From assembly GCA_015062045.1 (NCBI GenBank), contig SUVJ01000002.1, positions 1,300 to 65,299 of the forward strand: 64,000 nt of DNA. The letters run 5' to 3'. Positions 1 to 9,282 of this stretch are shown here, one piece after another; position 1 is the stretch's first letter; each line of letters begins with the position of its first letter. Made by a program: the position numbers and the translations under genes. This stretch comes from Akkermansiaceae bacterium (GTDB lineage: Bacteria > Verrucomicrobiota > Verrucomicrobiia > Verrucomicrobiales > Akkermansiaceae). The notes beneath the pieces were generated by a model. The model was not told the DNA's origin and did not search any database. It saw only the letters and a list, made by a program, of their open reading frames with translations.

Positions 1-2
1 AC

Positions 3-968
3 CCCTTCAAAGGCAACTTCGACATTGCCCGCCTGCGTGCCTTGATTGAGGAGGTAGGCCCGGAGCACGTGCCTTTTGTACGCATAGAGGCCGGTACCAA
101 CCTGATTGGCGGCCAACCGCTGAGCATGCAGAACATGCTGGATGTAGCCGCCGTATGTAAAGAGTACGGTGTAATGTCCGTATTGGATGCCTCCCTGCTG
201 CAAGATAACCTCTACTTCATCAAAACCCGTGAAGAGGCTGCCAAGGATATGAGCATTGCTCAGATTATCCGCAAGATAGCGGATGAGATGGATCTCATCT
301 ACTTCTCCAGCCGTAAGTTGGGCTTTGCACGTGGTGGTGCCATTATTTCCAACAATGAGGAGCTTATCCTCAAGATGAAAGCCTTTATTCCGCTGTACGA
401 GGGCTTCCTTACCTATGGCGGCATGGAGGTACGCGCCATGGAGGCCATGGCTGTAGGCTTGCTGGAGACGCTTGATGAAGAAATCATCAACCAAGGGCCC
501 ATTTTCATTGAATACCTGGTGAAGGAGCTCTCAGACTACGGAATCCCCATGGTGAAACCCGCCGGTGGTTTGGGCGCCCACATTAACGCCTCCGAGTTCT
601 TGCCCAACATTCCGCACGAGCAATACCCCGCCGGGGCTCTGGCCACGGCTCTGTACATTGCCGGTGGTATACGTGGCATGGAGCGCGGCTCCTTGTCCGA
701 GCAGCGCAACCCCGATGGTTCTGAGAACTATGCAGAGCTTGAGCTTGTGCGCCTGGCCTGCCCGCGCCGCGTGTTCACGCTCTCTCAAATCAAGTACTGT
801 GCAGACCGCGTTAAGTGGTTGTACGACAACCGCCACCTCATTGGCGGTCTCAAATGGGTAGAGGAACCTGCCGTGCTGCGCTTCTTCTTCGGTAAGCTGC
901 AGCCCCTCAGCGACTGGCAGGAGCAGCTTGCCGCTAAGTTCCGTGAGGACTTCGGCGACAGCCTGTAA
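3..968 (+). CDS. tnaA: Tryptophanase / tyrosine phenol-lyase family beta-eliminating lyase, 5'-truncated by window edge
   Basis: Frame open from position 3 (PFKGNFDI...). Motifs GTNLIGGQP, SSRKLG (PLP lysine region), FLTYGGM, GIRGMERG and VRLACPRR match the TnaA/Tpl family. TnaA versus Tpl not resolved. Confidence 0.8.
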   Translation, partial: PFKGNFDIARLRALIEEVGPEHVPFVRIEAGTNLIGGQPLSMQNMLDVAAVCKEYGVMSVLDASLLQDNLYFIKTREEAAKDMSIAQIIRKIADEMDLIYFSSRKLGFARGGAIISNNEELILKMKAFIPLYEGFLTYGGMEVRAMEAMAVGLLETLDEEIINQGPIFIEYLVKELSDYGIPMVKPAGGLGAHINASEFLPNIPHEQYPAGALATALYIAGGIRGMERGSLSEQRNPDGSENYAELELVRLACPRRVFTLSQIKYCADRVKWLYDNRHLIGGLKWVEEPAVLRFFFGKLQPLSDWQEQLAAKFREDFGDSL

Positions 969-1003
969 TCCTCCCCCACACTCATACAATTTATTTTTGA
1001 AAA

Positions 1004-1037
1004 GCCGCTGCCTGACTCTCAGGCAGCGGCAATTTTT
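1004..1037 (+). terminator. Intrinsic terminator of tnaA
   Basis: Perfect 12-bp stem GCCGCTGCCTGA-ctc-TCAGGCAGCGGC followed by AATTTTTT, 35 nt after the stop. Confidence 0.85.
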
Positions 1038-1251
1038 TGGGGGCGGCAATGCAAAAAAACATGGTAGAGCGCCCCCCCATGAAGCCCACTCCGGACAGAA
1101 AAACACAGGCGAGCCGAAGTCAAGATTGACGTAGACCGCATTCCCGAGAGCTCAAAACAAGTTCCTTGAATCCCGCTATGGAGAAAGCTCCCATCTGAGA
1201 TTCCCTTTCTCCCTCAAAACCAACGCGAGGACTCATTGCTCATCCCCATCC

Positions 1252-1417
1252 ACAGCATTATGAATGATGTAGCAAGCAAAAAATACCAAAAATCTTAAAA
1301 ATAATGCACTTTCGCTGATTTTGTTATGGTACGATTCATCAATGCTCCATGAAACTCACTACCTTTAACCGTTATAAAATCAAATATTTACGGCAGCTAC
1401 ATCATTCATAATGCTGT
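1252..1417. promoter_or_regulatory. Candidate invertible promoter (inverton): 22-bp perfect inverted repeats around a 122-bp AT-rich segment
   Basis: 1252-1273 ACAGCATTATGAATGATGTAGC is the exact reverse complement of 1396-1417 GCTACATCATTCATAATGCTGT. It lies directly upstream of a PEP-CTERM gene. Confidence 0.75.
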
Positions 1418-1430
1418 ATATTATGGTCAT

Positions 1431-1493
1431 CAGCTCGGGGCAGGTCTCTCAGCCTCCCAACGCGCGCGGGAACGAGTACCCCTGCACGAGCTG
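1431..1493 (+). other. Structured 5' leader hairpin of the PEP-CTERM gene
   Basis: CAGCTCG(1431-37)/CGAGCTG(1487-93), GCAGG(1440-44)/CCTGC(1481-85) and inner TCCC/GGGA pairings. Starts at the predicted TSS. Confidence 0.5.
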
Positions 1494-1526
1494 CACGAAA
1501 CTTCTTAATAATCAAATCTTACAATC

Positions 1527-2327
1527 ATGAAAAAAACAATTATAGCCCTTATGGCTCTGGCCGGTGTTGCAGCTGCGGACACACTGACATATGACCAGTA
1601 TAAAGAGGCTGGACTTCTGACGGGACTTCAAGCAGCGTGGGACTTCGATTCTGCTACTGCCGACGTGCTTACTTTTACTGTAAACAACTCTTTCTCTGCC
1701 GCTAACGGTGTCGGTTCTGTGGGCAGTTCGGATACACCTTGGGCGAACAAATCAGATGACATCGCAACCGCTTTTAATACTGACGAATTCACATTCAGCT
1801 TTGACTTGCTGTCGTATAACTCAAACACGTGGAAAAATGCGGTTTCGCTGTATAGCGGCGGCAATAATGATCAGATGCTGGCTGTGACTAGCGATAACAG
1901 CGGAATCCTTATATACGACTATGGCTTTGGCGGTAAAGCTAATGTTTCAACATCAGTAGCATCATTAGGAGCGCTGCCAGCGGATGGTTCCGGTATGAAC
2001 ATTACGCTGACTTTCAAAGGAAAGACGCTCACGACGTATCTCAATGGTAAGAGCGTTTCTACGTACACTTTGACTGGTAATGCACTGGAAAAGGGATTGA
2101 CGGGTTTTCAGTTTAACTGCGGGTTTGGAGGCGTACGTCCGGCTAATACTCCCGGCACTCAGACACTCGATAACCTTGCTATTTGGAATAAAGCTTTGAC
2201 TGCAGACCAAGTGTCTATGATTGCTTCGGGTGTCATTCCTCAGACTCCCGCTGTCCCCGAGCCCGCAACGGCTACGCTTTCCCTCCTTGCCCTCGCTGGT
2301 CTTGCTGCTCGTCGTCGCCGACGCTAA
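1527..2327 (+). CDS. PEP-CTERM surface protein with LamG/concanavalin-like domain
   Basis: Signal peptide MKKTIIALMALAGVAAA; LamG-like motifs (AAWDFD, TTYLNGK, LDNLAIWNKALTADQV); C-terminus VPEPATATLSLLALAGLAARRRRR. Confidence 0.9.
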   Translation: MKKTIIALMALAGVAAADTLTYDQYKEAGLLTGLQAAWDFDSATADVLTFTVNNSFSAANGVGSVGSSDTPWANKSDDIATAFNTDEFTFSFDLLSYNSNTWKNAVSLYSGGNNDQMLAVTSDNSGILIYDYGFGGKANVSTSVASLGALPADGSGMNITLTFKGKTLTTYLNGKSVSTYTLTGNALEKGLTGFQFNCGFGGVRPANTPGTQTLDNLAIWNKALTADQVSMIASGVIPQTPAVPEPATATLSLLALAGLAARRRRR

Positions 2328-2434
2328 AGCTATGGCGTGACAAGCCGTCGTCGGGCTTCTCGTTGATACGCCCAGACAGGCCGCAAGTAAGGAAGAGCAA
2401 TTTCAAGCGGGGTAACCAAGCCCCGCAACGCGCG

Positions 2435-2474
2435 CCCGCCCCAGGTTTTTGTACCGATGGGCGGGACTTTTTTT
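2435..2474 (+). terminator. Intrinsic terminator after the PEP-CTERM gene
   Basis: CCCGCCC(2435-41)/GGGCGGG(2459-65) stem followed by a T7 run. Confidence 0.6.
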
Positions 2475-2601
2475 CTTTGCATTTTTGACGAGAGCCCACA
2501 AGTATGGGCACTTACTTTTAGAGGCGTGGGTCTCTATGTTGACAGATAAATGAATTATTGCGGGTTAAATGCTATCTGTTTCAGCAGATTACGGGGAGGG
2601 A

Positions 2602-3042
2602 TTATTTGCGGCGTCTACGGGCGGTGAGAGCCACCAGGGCGAGCAAGCCGAGAGTGGCCGTAGCGGGCTCGGGGATTACTTGCAAATACACAGCCGAGCC
2701 GACTCGGACCACATTGGCTTGCAATCCTTCGTAACCGTCAATGGTGAAATAGACGGAAGGAGAAATCGTAATGCGCCCCTCAACCCCATCGAAGAGGAGG
2801 AAGCAGTGCAGCGGCTCCGCTGTACCCGGATTTCACCAATACGGAACTACGGGTGGCCGCTAGCTCCAACGTACCGCCGAACCCATCCGTAGAGGACAGG
2901 AGGAGTTGCCCGTCGCGTCTTTTACATCAGTCCCCGTATCCACGTCTATCTTAATCGGGTCTGCCACAAGTGTACCCGATACAGCATAACTGATAGCGGT
3001 AAGAGCCAATATAACACGCCGAACAAGTAATGAAAGCCTCAT
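2602..3042 (-). pseudogene. Disrupted PEP-CTERM gene
   Basis: Manual translation gives signal peptide MRLSLLVRRVILALTAISYAV at 3042 and, in the same frame, the tail LQVIPEPATATLGLLALVALTARRRRK* ending at 2602. In-frame stops at 2860-62 (TAG) and 2833-35 (TGA) lie between. Confidence 0.75.
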
Positions 3043-3171
3043 ACAAAAACAGTAGGATTAAGCAAGCAAAAAATTCAAACGCAACACAACACCTATAACA
3101 AAAAATGTCATCAAGGGATTTTACTGTCGGTTATCGAGCAACAGATGCTGCCAAGGTGTACTATAGACGGC

Positions 3172-3699
3172 ATGATTTTACGAGCACTGAGATATTATTT
3201 TTCTGACAGGAACGGTGGGCAGGATGCTGCCGGAGAGGTAGACACCACACCGATTGACGGGGTAAAGTGGGCGGCATACGCAGGGCGCTGGTATGAATGG
3301 GCAAGGTTTGAAACACCTTTCGAGTTCGAGCTTGATGAGGTGTACACAGATTATACCATGGATGCCGATGGAGCGCTGCGCATCACCAATTACGGAACGG
3401 ATACAAAGGGGCATCAAAAAAAAGCCACAGCAAAAGCCGGCATAGCAGGTGAAGGCAAGTTGAGCGTGAGCTTTATACCTTTTTTGCGTTTTTTGTCTAC
3501 ACCGTACCACGTGCTGTATGTGGATGAGAACTACAGCAGGGCGTTGGTATCCAACGAGAGCGGGAGCTGCTTATGGCTGCTGGGCAGAACCCCGTTGTAT
3601 ACAGCGATTGCTTACCGACAATTACTCAACGAAGCCGCATTAAGAGGCTTTAACACGCAGCATCTTCGCCAAACCGAGCATCGTCAACAGGCTCTGTAA
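3172..3699 (+). CDS. Lipocalin family protein (Blc-like)
   Basis: GRWYEWARF (GxWYE.AR motif), GKLSVSF, YHVLYVDENYSRALV, LWLLGRTP. Start ATG 3172 chosen over 3145. Confidence 0.85.
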   Translation: MILRALRYYFSDRNGGQDAAGEVDTTPIDGVKWAAYAGRWYEWARFETPFEFELDEVYTDYTMDADGALRITNYGTDTKGHQKKATAKAGIAGEGKLSVSFIPFLRFLSTPYHVLYVDENYSRALVSNESGSCLWLLGRTPLYTAIAYRQLLNEAALRGFNTQHLRQTEHRQQAL

Positions 3700-4220
3700 C
3701 GCATGGGCATGGCCAGGAAATCCTCCTCAAAGGAGGCAAGCAACGTCTCCCCCGCAGGTAGCGGATAGGAGAGCAGCTCCAGCCGCAAAGGGGGCTCCCC
3801 GCGATGATACGGCAACTGGTAATGCACCGCCGCCAAGCGGTGAAAACCGGCGCCCTCGTAAAAACGCAGGCGGCGTGCGGTGGCGGCATCTGTCACCGGT
3901 TCTATTTCTAAAATAATGGGTAATTCGTGCTGCTGCAATAATTTCAAAGCCGCCTTACCGAGCCCCTGCCCCCTGCGAGCGGGGGCAATGGCAAGATGCT
4001 CCACATACACGCATTGTGAGAGCACCCAATAAAACAGGATACCGACAAAGCCCTGAGAATCTCGCAAATGCAAGCAAACGAAATGCGGCTCATAAGCCAT
4101 GGCCGAGGCGTGGTTCGCCAAAGCTCGGCGCTCTTCATGCGGAAAAGCGCTTTCATAAAGTTGCCAAGATTCTTTAAAAATGGCAGATGCAGTATCCGTT
4201 AAACGCGTACTTGTAAGCAT
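3684..4220 (-). CDS. GNAT family N-acetyltransferase
   Basis: LYESAFPHEERR; YVEHLAIAPARRGQGLG acetyl-CoA motif; RRLRFYEGAGF. Confidence 0.85.
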   Translation of the reverse strand: MLTSTRLTDTASAIFKESWQLYESAFPHEERRALANHASAMAYEPHFVCLHLRDSQGFVGILFYWVLSQCVYVEHLAIAPARRGQGLGKAALKLLQQHELPIILEIEPVTDAATARRLRFYEGAGFHRLAAVHYQLPYHRGEPPLRLELLSYPLPAGETLLASFEEDFLAMPMRYRAC

Positions 4221-4304
4221 ACCCCATGCTAACACTCCGCAATAATTATGTCAACTGCGTGTTTTTTTATTGGACAACGGGCACAAGTGGTGTAGAATAC
4301 AGGC

Positions 4305-5033
4305 ATGAGCATTAAGTGGAAAGTCAAAAAGTTGCAGGAATGCGAATCCACCTTCACCGAGGCACGCAAATTACCGGCTTGGACAGTGGTGACCAGTGTA
4401 CGCCAACACAAAGGCAGAGGGCGATTCAACCGCACTTGGTTTGGTGAAGAAGGTGGCCTGTGGGCAAACTTTAACCTGCCCATAGACCCCGGCACCTCTC
4501 GCCCGTGGGGAATGATGCCCTTGGTTGCCGGTGTAGCCCTGCTTGACACTTTGGCAGCTTACCACATTAAAGGCTTGCGCCTGCGCTGGCCCAATGATTT
4601 GCTGGTGAACCGCAATAAGCTTGCCGGTATTCTGGTGGAGCGCCCCTCCCAAAGCATGGTTTCCGTTGGCATCGGCATCAATGTTTACAATAATCTTGTC
4701 AAATTGCAGGGTGCTACAACAGATGTACCCGTGCGTTTGGTAGACCTTATCCCCAATGCCTGCCCCTCCCTTGATGATTTGCGTGACCACTTGGCAGATG
4801 AATTGGCTAAGGTATTTACAGACTTTATTGACCACGGGCCCGAGCCCATTTTAACCCGTTTGGAGCAAGCTTGGGGCCCCTCCCTGCCCGTTGTTGCCAT
4901 TACGGATACGGAGCGCATTTGCGGGTTCTTCACCGGCATAGAATCCGACGGCTCCCCCATACTCCGCAAAGCAGATGGCACCCAACAAACCATACCGGCT
5001 ATTTCCATCAACAGACTCAAGGAGCTCATATAA
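4305..5033 (+). CDS. birA: Biotin--protein ligase without DNA-binding HTH
   Basis: QHKGRGRFNRTW (GRGR loop), LRWPNDLLV..KLAGILVE, VGIGINV. Confidence 0.85.
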   Translation: MSIKWKVKKLQECESTFTEARKLPAWTVVTSVRQHKGRGRFNRTWFGEEGGLWANFNLPIDPGTSRPWGMMPLVAGVALLDTLAAYHIKGLRLRWPNDLLVNRNKLAGILVERPSQSMVSVGIGINVYNNLVKLQGATTDVPVRLVDLIPNACPSLDDLRDHLADELAKVFTDFIDHGPEPILTRLEQAWGPSLPVVAITDTERICGFFTGIESDGSPILRKADGTQQTIPAISINRLKELI

Positions 5034-5054
5034 CATTATTACTCCCTTTTCACG

Positions 5055-5094
5055 GCAGTATGGCAGAAACAACAGCCATGCTGCTTTTTTTTAT
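5055..5094 (+). terminator. Intrinsic terminator after birA
   Basis: GCAGTATGGC...GCCATGCTGC stem followed by a T-run. Confidence 0.6.
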
Positions 5095-5179
5095 TGTTTG
5101 CACTTTGATAGTTGACTTTCTGAGCAAAGTCTGTATATTATGAGGTTGAGGGTCAGATAACCAGGCCCGTTCTAAAAAA

Positions 5180-5386
5180 GTGGACGACGATATTATTTGT
5201 ACGGAAAAGATTATAGCGGATCGCAAGACCTTCTTCATTGACCTGAAAAGCAATGCAAGAGGACGAGTGGTACGCATTACGGAGAAGGTAAGTTCCAACC
5301 GAGACCGCATCATGGTGCCGGCGGAGATATTGGATGACTTTATCGCCGCGCTGGAGGATATTCGCAAAGCGAATCAGGAGAATTAG
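5180..5386 (+). CDS. PUR (PurA/DUF3276-like) single-stranded nucleic-acid-binding protein
   Basis: 68 aa, GTG start; RKTFFIDLKSNARGRVVRITE..RIMVPAE resembles one PUR repeat. Confidence 0.75.
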   Translation: MDDDIICTEKIIADRKTFFIDLKSNARGRVVRITEKVSSNRDRIMVPAEILDDFIAALEDIRKANQEN

Positions 5387-5549
5387 CTCCGGCTGATTGT
5401 CTGCAAATAGCTTATCATGATTCACCGGGCAGATTACAGAAAAGCTGTCACAAATAATGCTGGACAAAACGATGCCGATGGTGTCTAATATTCGCGAGGC
5501 GATGTAACCTTTACACGCCGGTGAGTCAACTAGCTTATCTACAAAAGTC

Positions 5550-6848
5550 ATGAGGAGAATTAAAGTACTGAAATTGGGTTGGGAGTTCCCACCGCTGATT
5601 AATGGCGGGTTGGGTGTTGCGTGCATGGGCATCTCTAAGGCGTTGTCCAAGAAGGTGGATCTTTCAGTCATCGTTCCCAAGGCCAAGCTTGGCCAGAAAT
5701 ATGACGGATTTGAACTGACGGGTATCAACAACCTGAAATATGCAGAGATGGAGACCCACAGCGAGGGATACACCTACGAGAGCTTTACCGTGGTAGGCAA
5801 AGCCCCCGTTAATTTAGACCCCTACGCTTGTGAGGAAGGCACCCCCGGTAATATCACCTTTACCAAGGAGGGCAAACTGCTCTTCTCCAAGGTACATAAG
5901 GCAGATTTGGCATTGTTTACCGGCAAGGAAGACCTGTATGCCGGGGATTTGGCCCGCAAGGTAATAGAGTTCTCCAAAATATGTGCAGTAATGGCCCGCG
6001 GTTATGACTTTGACGTGGTGCACGCACACGACTGGATGACTTACCTGGCCGGTGTAGAGGTAAAGCGCGCCACGGGTAAACCGCTGGTGGTGCACCTGCA
6101 CGCCTCTCAATTTGACCGCGCCGGCGCAGATGCCCGTGGTTGGATATACGACATTGAAAAATACGGTATGGAACAGGCAGATGCCGTTATCCCCGTATCC
6201 AAATACACCGGTACGGTTGCTGCCGGGCACTACGGCATTGACCCTGCCAAGATTTTCCCCGTACACAATGGTGCGGACCCGGTGGAGGTGTTCCACACCA
6301 AGAAGAAGTTCCCGGAAAAGCTCGTGCTCTTCCTGGGGCGCCTTACCGCCCAGAAAGGGCCGGAGTTCTTCCTGCAAATTGCGGCTAAGGTATTGGAGCA
6401 AACGGACAACGTACGTTTCGTCATGGCCGGCACGGGTGAAAAGCTGCGCCAGCTTATCGAGACGGGGGCATTCCACGGCGTGGGTGACAAGTTCCACTTC
6501 ACCGGGTTCCTCAACAAACAGAAAGTAAATGAGTTGCTGAGCATGACGGATGTATACTGCATGCCGTCCGTGTCGGAGCCGTTCGGGCTTTCCGCCCTGG
6601 AGGCAGCCCAGTTCAACATACCTGCCGTTATCTCCAAGCAGAGTGGTGTGGCAGAGGTGATGAAAGGAGCGCTGAAGGCAGACTTCTGGGATGTTAACAT
6701 GATGGCCAAGCACATTGTGGACCTCATCACAGACGAGGAGCTTTATAAGCAAGTAGCGGAGCAAAGTGCTCAAGACATCAAGAACTCCAACTGGGACACC
6801 GCGGCAGACAAGATGCTGCGCGTGTATCACCACGTGCTCGGTTGGTAA
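5550..6848 (+). CDS. GT4 glycosyltransferase (glycogen-synthase-like)
   Basis: GWEFPPLINGGLG, HAHDWMT, MPSVSEPFGLSALEA. Confidence 0.9.
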   Translation: MRRIKVLKLGWEFPPLINGGLGVACMGISKALSKKVDLSVIVPKAKLGQKYDGFELTGINNLKYAEMETHSEGYTYESFTVVGKAPVNLDPYACEEGTPGNITFTKEGKLLFSKVHKADLALFTGKEDLYAGDLARKVIEFSKICAVMARGYDFDVVHAHDWMTYLAGVEVKRATGKPLVVHLHASQFDRAGADARGWIYDIEKYGMEQADAVIPVSKYTGTVAAGHYGIDPAKIFPVHNGADPVEVFHTKKKFPEKLVLFLGRLTAQKGPEFFLQIAAKVLEQTDNVRFVMAGTGEKLRQLIETGAFHGVGDKFHFTGFLNKQKVNELLSMTDVYCMPSVSEPFGLSALEAAQFNIPAVISKQSGVAEVMKGALKADFWDVNMMAKHIVDLITDEELYKQVAEQSAQDIKNSNWDTAADKMLRVYHHVLGW

Positions 6849-6871
6849 AAGTATTACCCCTTTAAAACAAC

Positions 6872-8056
6872 ATGAACATCTCCTTAACATTTCACGCGCA
6901 CCAGCCCAACAGACTGACGCCGTACGACTTCTTTAAGATTGGCGAACACGCCTTCTATGAGGACGACGAGCTCAACGGGCGCGTGCTCAGCCAGGTGGCA
7001 GAGCGTTGCTACCTGCCTGCCAACAGGCTCATGAAACAACTCATAGAGCTTTCTGACGGCAAGTTCAAGTTTGCACTGGCTATCTCCGGCGTGATTTTGG
7101 AGCAGGCCAAATACCACCGCCCGGACCTCATTGAATCCTTCAAAGAGTTAGCAGAAACCGGCTGCGTAGAGTTCTTGGCCATGCCGTACTACGCCTCGCT
7201 CTCCTCCCTGTACTCCACGGGTGAGTTTGCCGAACAGGTGAATGAGCACATGGACTTGATAGAAGAGCTGTTCGGCCAACGCCCCACTGTGCTGTGGAAC
7301 ACCGGCATGCTCTACTCCAACGCCATTGCTGCACAGGCCTACGATATGGGCTTTGAGGGTATCATGGCAGACGGCAACAGCCGCATGATGTCCAACCGCC
7401 ATACCAACGACCTGCAATGTGCCCCGCTCATTGCCAAAACCAAGACCATCATCCGCAACCGCCACCTCTCTAACGACTTGGCCAACCGCCGTGTTGACCC
7501 CAGCTGGAGCGAGTACCCGCTTTCTCCCTACACCTTTGCAGAATGGCTCGGGCAGCAAGAGGGGCAAGTGGTCAACATTTCTCTGGACTACGAGACCTTG
7601 GGCGAGCGACAGCCCGACACCACGGGTGTGTTTGAGTTCTGGCGCACCATGATTATGGCTACGTTGTTCAACGGTAACAGCTTCATGACACCGGGAGAAG
7701 TGGTGCGGGAGTTCCCCTCCACCGGCACCATTGATTGCCCCAACCCCGTGAGCTGCTCCACCTTTGGCACCACCACGCATTGGAACGGCAATGTCATGCA
7801 GCAAGAGGCCCTTAAAAAGATATATGACCTTGAGACCCCCGTGAAGGACAGCGAGGACCGCGATATGATTCACGTGTGGCGTAAGCTGCAAAGTGCAGAC
7901 CACTTCCATTACATGGAGAAGAGCAACGGGTTTACCCCCTACCCCTCTCCGTATGATGCCTACATCTACTACATGAACGCTTTGGCAGACCTGCAGGTGC
8001 GAGTCAAGCGTGAGGCAGAGATGATACACTTGGCACACAAGGCAACGATGGCCTGA
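6872..8056 (+). CDS. Glycoside hydrolase family 57 (alpha-amylase-like)
   Basis: FHAHQPNRL, AERCYLPAN, WNTGMLYSN, SLDYETLGE, LQSADHFHYM. Adjacent to the GT4 gene. Confidence 0.85.
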   Translation: MNISLTFHAHQPNRLTPYDFFKIGEHAFYEDDELNGRVLSQVAERCYLPANRLMKQLIELSDGKFKFALAISGVILEQAKYHRPDLIESFKELAETGCVEFLAMPYYASLSSLYSTGEFAEQVNEHMDLIEELFGQRPTVLWNTGMLYSNAIAAQAYDMGFEGIMADGNSRMMSNRHTNDLQCAPLIAKTKTIIRNRHLSNDLANRRVDPSWSEYPLSPYTFAEWLGQQEGQVVNISLDYETLGERQPDTTGVFEFWRTMIMATLFNGNSFMTPGEVVREFPSTGTIDCPNPVSCSTFGTTTHWNGNVMQQEALKKIYDLETPVKDSEDRDMIHVWRKLQSADHFHYMEKSNGFTPYPSPYDAYIYYMNALADLQVRVKREAEMIHLAHKATMA

Positions 8057-8077
8057 TAAGTCACCAAAGCAGAGCTT

Positions 8078-9184
8078 TTACTCTCCCGATGCGTCATGAC
8101 GCGCATCGGGAGATTTTTTTAACAAAGCGCGCAGCCCCAAAACAAAGAAGAACACAATAAATGTGCCCAAAAGAATCAGCACCGGAAGGGGCACATTCTC
8201 AAAATGATAGCCAACATGTATAGCCAATAATTTATACAAAAACAACAAGGCAAAGGAACCACATAAGACCGGCACAAAAACACAAGCTATCGGCAAGTGC
8301 ACACCGGCTCGCTTACCCCATTTAAATGTATGGAGAATAAAGCTCCATGAGTAAAATAAAACCACCACACACATGAGAATAATGAGGGGGCTCTCTATAT
8401 GCCAGGGCAGCAGTATAGAGGACACAACATAGCGGTGGGTATGCCATTGCGGAAAAGGATCCTTGCACAAGCCACAACCCGGTTCACGCATATCCAATTG
8501 AGTGCCGCGTTGCCTGCCGATTAAAATAAATTCTCCCTTCACAACATGGGGCAGCCCCTCAAAAAAGAGGGAAGAGAATCGGCTTGCAGCAGGCCCCGTG
8601 TCTGCCGTCTTTAACAACACGCGAGAGCCACACGTCTTTTCAACAAAAGGAGCCAAGGACTCGGGAACACGCTGCGGGGGTAATATGATTTTTTCAGGCG
8701 AGAAGACAGGTTCATATCGCCAGAAAGACGGGTCTGCGAGCAACTCATACCCCCCGGCACACACGCAGGGAGCAATGTTCACGAGATCTGACACGCCATG
8801 CAGATTGTTATAATGAACCTTTATTCTACCATGCTCATTTACCGGTAAAATTGAGCGAAACACCGCTATACCGGCATCTTGAATCCCGAAGTCTGCGTCA
8901 CCGGCCCCCTGCCCCCGAGGCACCTCAATTTTATCAACGTATACGGAAACGAGTTTACCCTCCAGAGCGGGGTTCACATGATGAGCATCCGCCTCATAAA
9001 CACGCTCACCGAAAATACAATACAAGTACTGGCTCAACCATATTGCACAGACAATAGTCGTGAAAAAAATAACGGGCAGCAAAAAAACACCCCCCATAAC
9101 GCGTAAGCGAGACACCCGCGCAGATGGAACAGGCGGTAAGTTTTGAGCATTATCAGATGTGCGCATAAATACATGTGACACCAC
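8078..9184 (-). CDS. Hypothetical membrane protein (possibly TMEM43-like)
   Basis: One N-terminal TM segment, a soluble domain starting HHVNPALEGKLVSV, and several C-terminal TM segments. Confidence 0.5.
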   Translation of the reverse strand: MVSHVFMRTSDNAQNLPPVPSARVSRLRVMGGVFLLPVIFFTTIVCAIWLSQYLYCIFGERVYEADAHHVNPALEGKLVSVYVDKIEVPRGQGAGDADFGIQDAGIAVFRSILPVNEHGRIKVHYNNLHGVSDLVNIAPCVCAGGYELLADPSFWRYEPVFSPEKIILPPQRVPESLAPFVEKTCGSRVLLKTADTGPAASRFSSLFFEGLPHVVKGEFILIGRQRGTQLDMREPGCGLCKDPFPQWHTHRYVVSSILLPWHIESPLIILMCVVVLFYSWSFILHTFKWGKRAGVHLPIACVFVPVLCGSFALLFLYKLLAIHVGYHFENVPLPVLILLGTFIVFFFVLGLRALLKKSPDARHDASGE

Positions 9185-9282
9185 GCACCGAAGACTCGTT
9201 CAAAAATAGGCAGATAAATGCAGCGACTATGACTTTAGCCTTGATTATGGGGGATAATCGGCTATAATATCGCGCAAGGATT

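Noticed and set aside
2569-2892. 107-aa plus-strand ORF
   Set aside because: Antisense to the PEP-CTERM tail found on the minus strand.
3049-3128. Weak inverted repeat (AACAGTAGGATT / GATTTTACTGTC) and a 14-bp match AGCAAGCAAAAAAT to the inverton, upstream of the second PEP-CTERM gene
   Set aside because: Only 8 of 12 positions match and there is no -10 at 17 bp. The 14-mer is explained by the common ttttgcTTG promoter context.
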